A DNA stretch of 64,000 nucleotides from Rhizaria sp. SCN 62-66 (taxonomy: Eukaryota): positions 1 through 64,000 of the forward strand of contig MEDY01000223.1 of assembly GCA_001724265.1 (NCBI GenBank), read 5' to 3'. The translations under genes and the position numbers were made by a program. Below, in pieces: positions 57,254 to 64,000 of the stretch. A model generated the notes under the pieces. The model had not been told where the DNA came from, searched no databases, and saw only the letters and a list, made by a program, of their open reading frames with translations. The first letter of the stretch is position 1, and each line of letters opens with the position of its first letter.

Positions 57254-57920
57254 GAATCCCCTTAGACGGGACGGACGCAGCGGTTCGGCGGCGGCGGCGA
57301 CGGCGGCGGCAGCGGCGAAGAGCCTCCCCCGCACGTGTTGTGTGATCGCCGTGAGGATGTAATTGCTTGCTGGAAGGTGCTCAATGTAAAGTAGTTTTCA
57401 AAGTCGCTCTTGAACACGGCGCGGTAAAACCAACGTAAAAATATGTAGTATAGATCAAGGTCTAAGTTCAAAGTATTGTTGTTTTGTAAAAAAATGTATA
57501 TGTGTTTATCATTTCTTTTGTTCGATAAAAAGCGAATACAAATGATTTCGTTTCAAAAACGTCTGTTAAAGCCAACCGAGTTCGCCTGTGTGACAGTGAC
57601 GCGACAGCCAAAACTGCTGACAGTGATGATGGTCAGTCATACTAGCTCTGCGTGTAGATAAGTACAAGTCCGTTGTTTTGAAATGTGGCGGTGGTCTTTG
57701 AATAGATCGTTGTGGTTTTTACTATCCTTGTTAATTGTATCTCACCAGCCCCTACTTGTCGCGTGTATATCCTCTTTCCCCATCCCTACTTCCCCTCTCC
57801 GTGGTGCTCGGCCAAAGCTACCTTCCTTCGCTCACCAGGTCACACTGACCTCACTGAAACCTAGATAGGTCACGCTGCTCGTATAGCCCTTGCCTTCGAG
57901 TATCTGCAGACGACCGTCTG

Positions 57921-58035
57921 ATGCCTGTCACTGCCGCTCCAGGCACACACGGAGGCCCCCGCGCCCTCACGAGCTCAACAGCGACCGCACACTCCAACCC
58001 ACACGCTGCCAGCTCAAGCTCCACAGCAATGTCAG

Positions 58036-58067
<32 letters not shown>

Positions 58068-59367
58068 TCCACAGCCGCATCTTCCGCATATAGCCCCCCG
58101 GTGGCGTCGCCCACGTTTGTGTTTGACTCCGCAGCCTTCTTCAAGCCCCGCTTCAACGAAGACGCCTTTATCGCAACCTACCTCTCCAACGCAGCCAATG
58201 TCACCGCCACAAGCAACGCCAACGCCGCAACGGCGACATCTAGCGCCAGCGCGAACTCGGCCTACGTTAGCGGCGTTAAGGCCCGCTACGAGCGTCTGCT
58301 CTCCGACCTCAAGCGCTGCCACTCCCACTTCACAGCGCAGTTCAGCGCTCTGCTTAACACAGAGTACGCCGCCTTCATCGGCCTCTCACAGTCGCTCGAC
58401 GGCATCGCGCCGGCCGCCGCCGCGATCGCCGCGCGCGCCGACGCCCTGCTGCTGCGGCTTTCGCGCGCGCGCGCCGCGGTTGCGGTCGTGCTGGGCAAGG
58501 TTGCCGCAGCGGCGGAGGCGGCTGGCGCGGCGGCCGGGAAGGAGGAGACGCTGCGGCGGCTGGAGAGGGTCTGGGGCGAGTGCGACCAGCTGGAGGCCCT
58601 CCTGCTGCAGCGGGGCACGGGAACTGGAGAGGTGACCGTGACCAGCAGCGGTACCAGCGGTGCTCGTGATGCGAGCGGTGACTTGAAGGACGACAACGCA
58701 AGTAACCCAGCCAACAATGCAAACAATGCAAACACTGCGAGTGCGAGCGTGAGTGCATTGTTGTTCACGACCGCCGCTGCTGCAACTACTGCTACTTCTG
58801 ACAGTCGCAGCCGCGGTTACAGTTGCAGCAACAACACGCTTTCTGATGCTAACGACTGTGCTTCGAATGACGAGGACGAGGACGATGACGGCGACGACTC
58901 CGATTATGGTGATGTTGATGGTGATGAATGTGTGTATGAGGCTTACCTTAAAAACGCAGACCCTCAAAGTTATGCCCCGTCCGCTGCCCATTTGACCGCC
59001 AACCCGAACAAGACTCCTGCTGTTGCTGCTGTTGCAAACGCTGCTGCTGTCTGCTCTGTTTCTCGTGTAGATATTAACGTCAGTACTCCTCAGATGCTGA
59101 TGCGGGAAGCGTTGCTGCTGCTGGAGGCAGCGCAACACCTAGTGCAGGCGCACGCTACTCTAAGTACCCCCTTAGACGACGGCGGCGTCATAAGTGCGCA
59201 GGTGCAAAGCGCGGTGAAGTTGCAGTCCCAGCGGTACTTGAAGTTAAGCCGCCAGTTCCATGTAAGGGCCTCGAAGGCGCTGACGCAGACGCTGACTCTG
59301 CTCACGGAGACGTACATCTATAACCAAGACAGCAACAACACTAAGCACAACAGCAACAACAACAGCT

Positions 59368-59404
<37 letters not shown>

Positions 59405-61118
59405 CAACAGCGGTAACAGCGGTAGCAATCGCACCAATGCACTATTCATGCAATTTCTGCGCACTGCGCGCCTCATCCTGGCTGCTACCGCAACTGCTCC
59501 TAACACAAACACTAATGCGAACAACAGCTCGAACACTTTCAACATGTGGAGTACTAACTCTAGCACGACAGGCGCTAGTATTAGCTCTAGTGCGTCTGCG
59601 TTGGACTCAGATCCCGCCAGTGTCCGTGTGCTTGGCTGCGCAAGTGCTGAGACACTGTGCTCGAGTCTAAATACCTACTTACACAGCCTTGGCACAAACA
59701 GCATTCATGCCACCGCCTCTGCGTCTGTAGTTGCGGCCAATACGACTGCGGTTCGGAATGTAAGTAGCCCCTTGCTGGTGTCGGGCGACGGCACTTACAT
59801 CTCCGAAGGTACTGACACGGACGCGGCTTTAATTCGCCTTGTCGTAGCTTGTGTGCTCCGCAAGCAACTCAAGCGTGCTCTCAGCTCGAGTGCACACGCA
59901 AGTGTCAGTGGCAGTGCCAGTGTCGCTGCAAATGCGAGCACGAGCGCGAGCAGTGTGCTGGTTGAGTCACTGGCTATTGCAGCTGAAGCTACTCTTAACA
60001 ACAACAACACCAACAACAACGCCTCTAACGCTAACAGTGTGAGTGAGGTGGCCGCAAAGCTTGCGTCTGCGATGTGTCACACGGTCGTGGGCCTCCTGCC
60101 TTTGCTCGCACTCCTCTGCTCACAGTCACTCAGCTCACAGTCACTCAGCTCACAGTCCCCGAACTCGCAGCCGCAGTCGCTGTCACGGCTTAGCTCTCAG
60201 CCGCTCTGCTCAGAGTCTCAGGCGCAGTCGCCGCTGTCCCTGGTGTCATTGTGCATCCATGGAGTCTGGCCTGAGGTGCTGCTCGCCCTGCACAACGCCT
60301 CGGGTACGTGGCGCTCACAGTCATCAGCGGCACAAAATGTAAGTACCCCTGCTGGGCCACAGCCACGCAGCAGCAACAACAACAGCAGCTCGAAGGCCAA
60401 CAACACCACCACCACCACGATCACCTCCGACGGCAACGCCGCGAATGCAGGCGCAGTTGTTTTTCGGTCCTATTGGACGAACGCCGCCAACCATAAGCCG
60501 CATATCGTGCTTGCGCACTGCCACGCTCTGCAAGCCGTCGCACACGCCCTCGCGCGGTCACTTATTGGCGGCGAGGGCGCTGCTAGCCGTACTGACGCGG
60601 CTAAACTTCTCTCCGACGTGTTCCTGTCGCACAGCAGCACGGTCGCGCTCACGCAGAGCTGGGGTGTGAAGCTCGCGTTTAGCTTGCTGATGCAACAGCC
60701 GTTGACAGCGGTCACGACAACCGCGAGCAAAATCACATCCAATGCCGCTGCCATTGCTCGCTCGAGTCTTGTGAGCGTTAGCGACAAGAGGAGCTCTAGT
60801 TCTAGTGCATCGCAGTCGTCTAAGTGGGTGTCGGGGTCAGATCTAAGTACCTTGCTTTCACCTCTGAACAACAGCACGAACGTCAATGCCCCCGCTAGCG
60901 CCACGACTGGCGGCTACTTAGACTCGACCAAGGTACTTAGCGCGGTACTTACATCCGCCTTCTCAGCCCTTACACCGCACGAACTCGTGCCCGTCGCAGC
61001 TTCGACAATGGCAACTGCGCTAGCGCCTGCGTCCGTTGCGCTGGCGGCCGCCGTCTCGGCTTTGCCGTTACTCATGCCTACAGCAACAACAACAATTCTC
61101 ACTAACAATAACAATAGC

Positions 61119-61168
<50 letters not shown>

Positions 61169-62797
61169 CGCTGATGCTGGTCGTGATGCTGACGACAACG
61201 ACAGCGACGGCGACTTCGACAATGACACAGGCAGTGATGCTCCGGGTGATAACGACGCAGCCGCTGTTGTTCTGCTCGCCTCTGCGTTCGCTGCGACTGC
61301 CCCGGGGGCCAACCTAGCCACCGTCACTGCCGCCGCAGCCGCCGCAGCCGCCGCCCTCTCCAACGCCAACGCCACCTCCAACGCCAATGCCAATGTCAAT
61401 GTTAACGCGAACCTGATCACTGCTGGACTAGGTGTAGCTGGTGATGGTGGGTACTGCGGCATTCCGACCATCTTACCGCCGCTCAACGGCGCCGCTGCAG
61501 CCACGGGTACCCAGAACCCACAGCCCGCCCCCCTCACGGGTACACACACGGGTACCGGTGCCAGCGCGGCGGCGGCGGCGGCGGCGGGCGGCGGCGGTGG
61601 CGTGGGCGTGGGGCTCGGCCGGCGGCGGTGGCGCTCTGCGCTGCTGCTGGCGCTGGCATTGTGTCATGACGCGACCAAGCTCGCAGTGATGGTGCCGAAC
61701 GCGACGGCCGCCGCGACTGCGCGCATCCTCAACCTCCACACGGGCACGGTGAGCGTCAGCGCGGTGGTGGCCGCAGTGGCGCAGCTGACCGCGGCGGCGC
61801 GGCACAGGGCGGCCTCGGCAGCGTGGCGGGGCGGGTTGACGCTTGCGCTGGCTGCGGCGGCGACGGCAGCGCAACACATCAATGCGGGCATCTCGCAGCA
61901 AAAGATGGAGATGATGCTCGGCAATCTAAGTACCACTCCTGGAAGTAGAAGTACCGCCGCCGCTGCTGATTCTGCGAAAGTGAAGCCGCCGAGGTGGGTT
62001 CAGGGCGTGACGGCGCTGGTCCGTGACATCGCAGCTCTAAGTACTCCTTTAGACTTAGAAGATAACAGCATTCTAAGTACTGCGCGCGTGCCAGTGCCGC
62101 TGCCGCCCTATAACGCCCCCCGTGCGTCGCGTTTCACCGGAGTTGAGCTCGAAAATGCATTTGCGGCCTTTTTCGCGAACTGCGGCGCGGCGACAGGCTT
62201 GAACGCAACTGCAACCATGACAGCAATCTCCAACAACACCAACAACGGGATGAGTACTGCTGGCGCCGCTAGTAGTCCTAGAAGCAATATCACCGAGTTA
62301 TGCGACTTGACTGGCAGCACCAACACTCCGGCGACCGGCGTCTCTGGCTCTGTCTCTGGCTCAGCCTCAGCCACTAGCACGTCTGCGTCTGCGTCCGCTG
62401 GTCCGTTGATGTTGTCGCTGCTGCTCTGGGTGATTTCCCGCAGTGTGACGACGGCGCTTACGACGGCACTGTATGAGACGATCACGACGACGAAAGCGCT
62501 TGAAAACTCACTCTTATCCCTCAACTCTTCTCGTAACCCGATCAACACGAACATCGCTAGCGCAGCGAGCTCTAGCTCTGGTGTAAGTAGCGGCTCTGCT
62601 GCTGCGGCTGCGGTGAGTGCGCGGCTTCACTTAAAGGAGAATAGGCGGCTTAACTTGGCGCATTGGGCTGAAGGAGGGCTTGACGTCGTTTATGACACCA
62701 AAGTCGCCACTGCTGCCATGAGCTTTGCCAGCCATAGCCGTACGATTGCGCTTTCTCTTGCAAAGGCTCGCTCTGCCGTTGTATCACTGGAACAACA

Positions 62798-62840
<43 letters not shown>

Positions 62841-63536
62841 GTTGGCAGTGGCGGTGAACAGAAGCTGGAAGGGCTGGGCTTGGGTGGTGAGCTGTTGTCT
62901 CAGCTGACGAGTGAAAAGGACGTTACTACAAAGCCGTTCAGTCTGACTCGTCATAGTAGCACCGACCGCAGCAATAACGCCACCACTTCCGACGCAAGTG
63001 TTTTGTGGTCGTTACTGATTACTCCTGACCCTCCTCTGCTCCACAGCGTTTCCGCCAACACCAAGGCCGGATGGGTCGCTATTTGCGCTCACCCTCAGTA
63101 CTTCGCCACAGGAGCTGCCACCGCCACCAGTCCCTCGCTCGGTGGCGGCGGCTTAACTTCAGCCGCGGGGCGCGAGACGCGGCTTGTGTACTGCGTGGCC
63201 ACGACGGGCGCAGCGGGCAAGAAGAACAGTGTTGCCTTCCATGCTGACTCGGCTGTGACAAGCACGAAGTTTGCCTCGGTCGCGACAGCGAACCCGGCTT
63301 TACTGTTCACGGTGCCTCTCGATAAGTTCTCACTTGTGTATAGCAACGATGCGGGCGCAAGCAATGCCAACGCGAGCGCTGTAATGAACGCTGGTAGCAA
63401 CAGCAGCGCTAGCCGCAATTGGTTCGACTTAGTCCCTCTTTCTGCTGCTGGTGATGATAACGATGCTTCTGTAATGACTGTGGTTTGCCGTAGTAACACC
63501 GAAGCAAGTCAGTGGGTGCAGGCACTGTTGCGCTGA
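57921..63536 (+). CDS. COG2: COG2-like protein (1871 aa, intronless) with long low-complexity inserts and a C-terminal PH-like domain
   Basis: N-terminus FDSAAFFKPRFNEDAFI..LLSDLK..LLNTEYAAFIGLSQSLDGI fits the COG2 N-terminal pattern I recall (F.k..F....Fd.d.F..L..dL..liN.dYadFv.LS.nL.g). The rest is highly diverged. TGA stop. Confidence 0.65.
61119..61169. repeat. (AAC)n microsatellite encoding poly-Asn in the COG2-like gene
   Basis: Directly visible. Confidence 0.9.
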
Positions 63537-64000
63537 GTGCGACATAGTGCTACAGTAACACTTTTGCTGTGGGCTCTCGTCTCACAGCAAGGAAAGGCTC
63601 ACAGTCACTCCATGCATTGTTCCCGAACGAACTTGACACTTACATTGCAACACTACATTGAGGGTGATATACTCACGTAATAACGCCCGCCGCTATCTAT
63701 TTCTGTACATTTACACTTAATACATATCTTTTCTGTATTATTACTTTAAAACTACTCTTTTCAACGGAGATATAGCGAGGATAAGTGTGCTGGCCACAAT
63801 TGCATTCCGCGGCAGCGGGGCCGACCAACCGCGACGTCAATCAGTTCGGGAAGCGTTCCATTGTCGAAACCATATCAAACATTAAAACACGTGTTAATCT
63901 CCGACGGTAGTACTAAAACATGGTTAAATCGTGTTTTACTGATTGTATATTAATTATATTATTATATGACAGCATGAAACCTGCATATATGCACTATATC

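Overview
Gene-dense eukaryotic (protist-like) genomic DNA, not prokaryotic. Exons are GC-rich and full of Ala/Asn/Gln/Ser homopolymers; GT-AG introns (mostly ~130-270 bp) are AT-rich. I reconstructed 15 gene models by hand: an unknown protein, a PAQR/adiponectin-receptor-like protein, LSG1, a tandem triplet of TTC12-like TPR/ARM genes, an ankyrin+EF-hand protein, Ran, a coiled-coil protein, a cNMP-binding protein, a Spinster-like MFS transporter, a ~2400-aa Ala-rich coiled-coil protein, ALG14, ARP2 and a COG2-like protein with a PH-like tail. Main observation: nine in-frame TAG codons sit inside otherwise intact reading frames of five genes. I found no in-frame TAA/TGA and no frameshift, and all 15 gene ends are TAA or TGA. 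This points to a non-standard nuclear genetic code in which UAG alone is a sense codon while UAA and UGA remain stops. The amino acid is unresolved; Gln is my best inference. Secondary signals: a GTACGT-dominated 5' splice site, short AT-rich motifs (CTAAGTAC, CTTAACTTCC) recurring inside exons in different frames, and a TPR-less member of the TTC12-like triplet. All calls come from reading the sequence and recalled family motifs; no searches were run.
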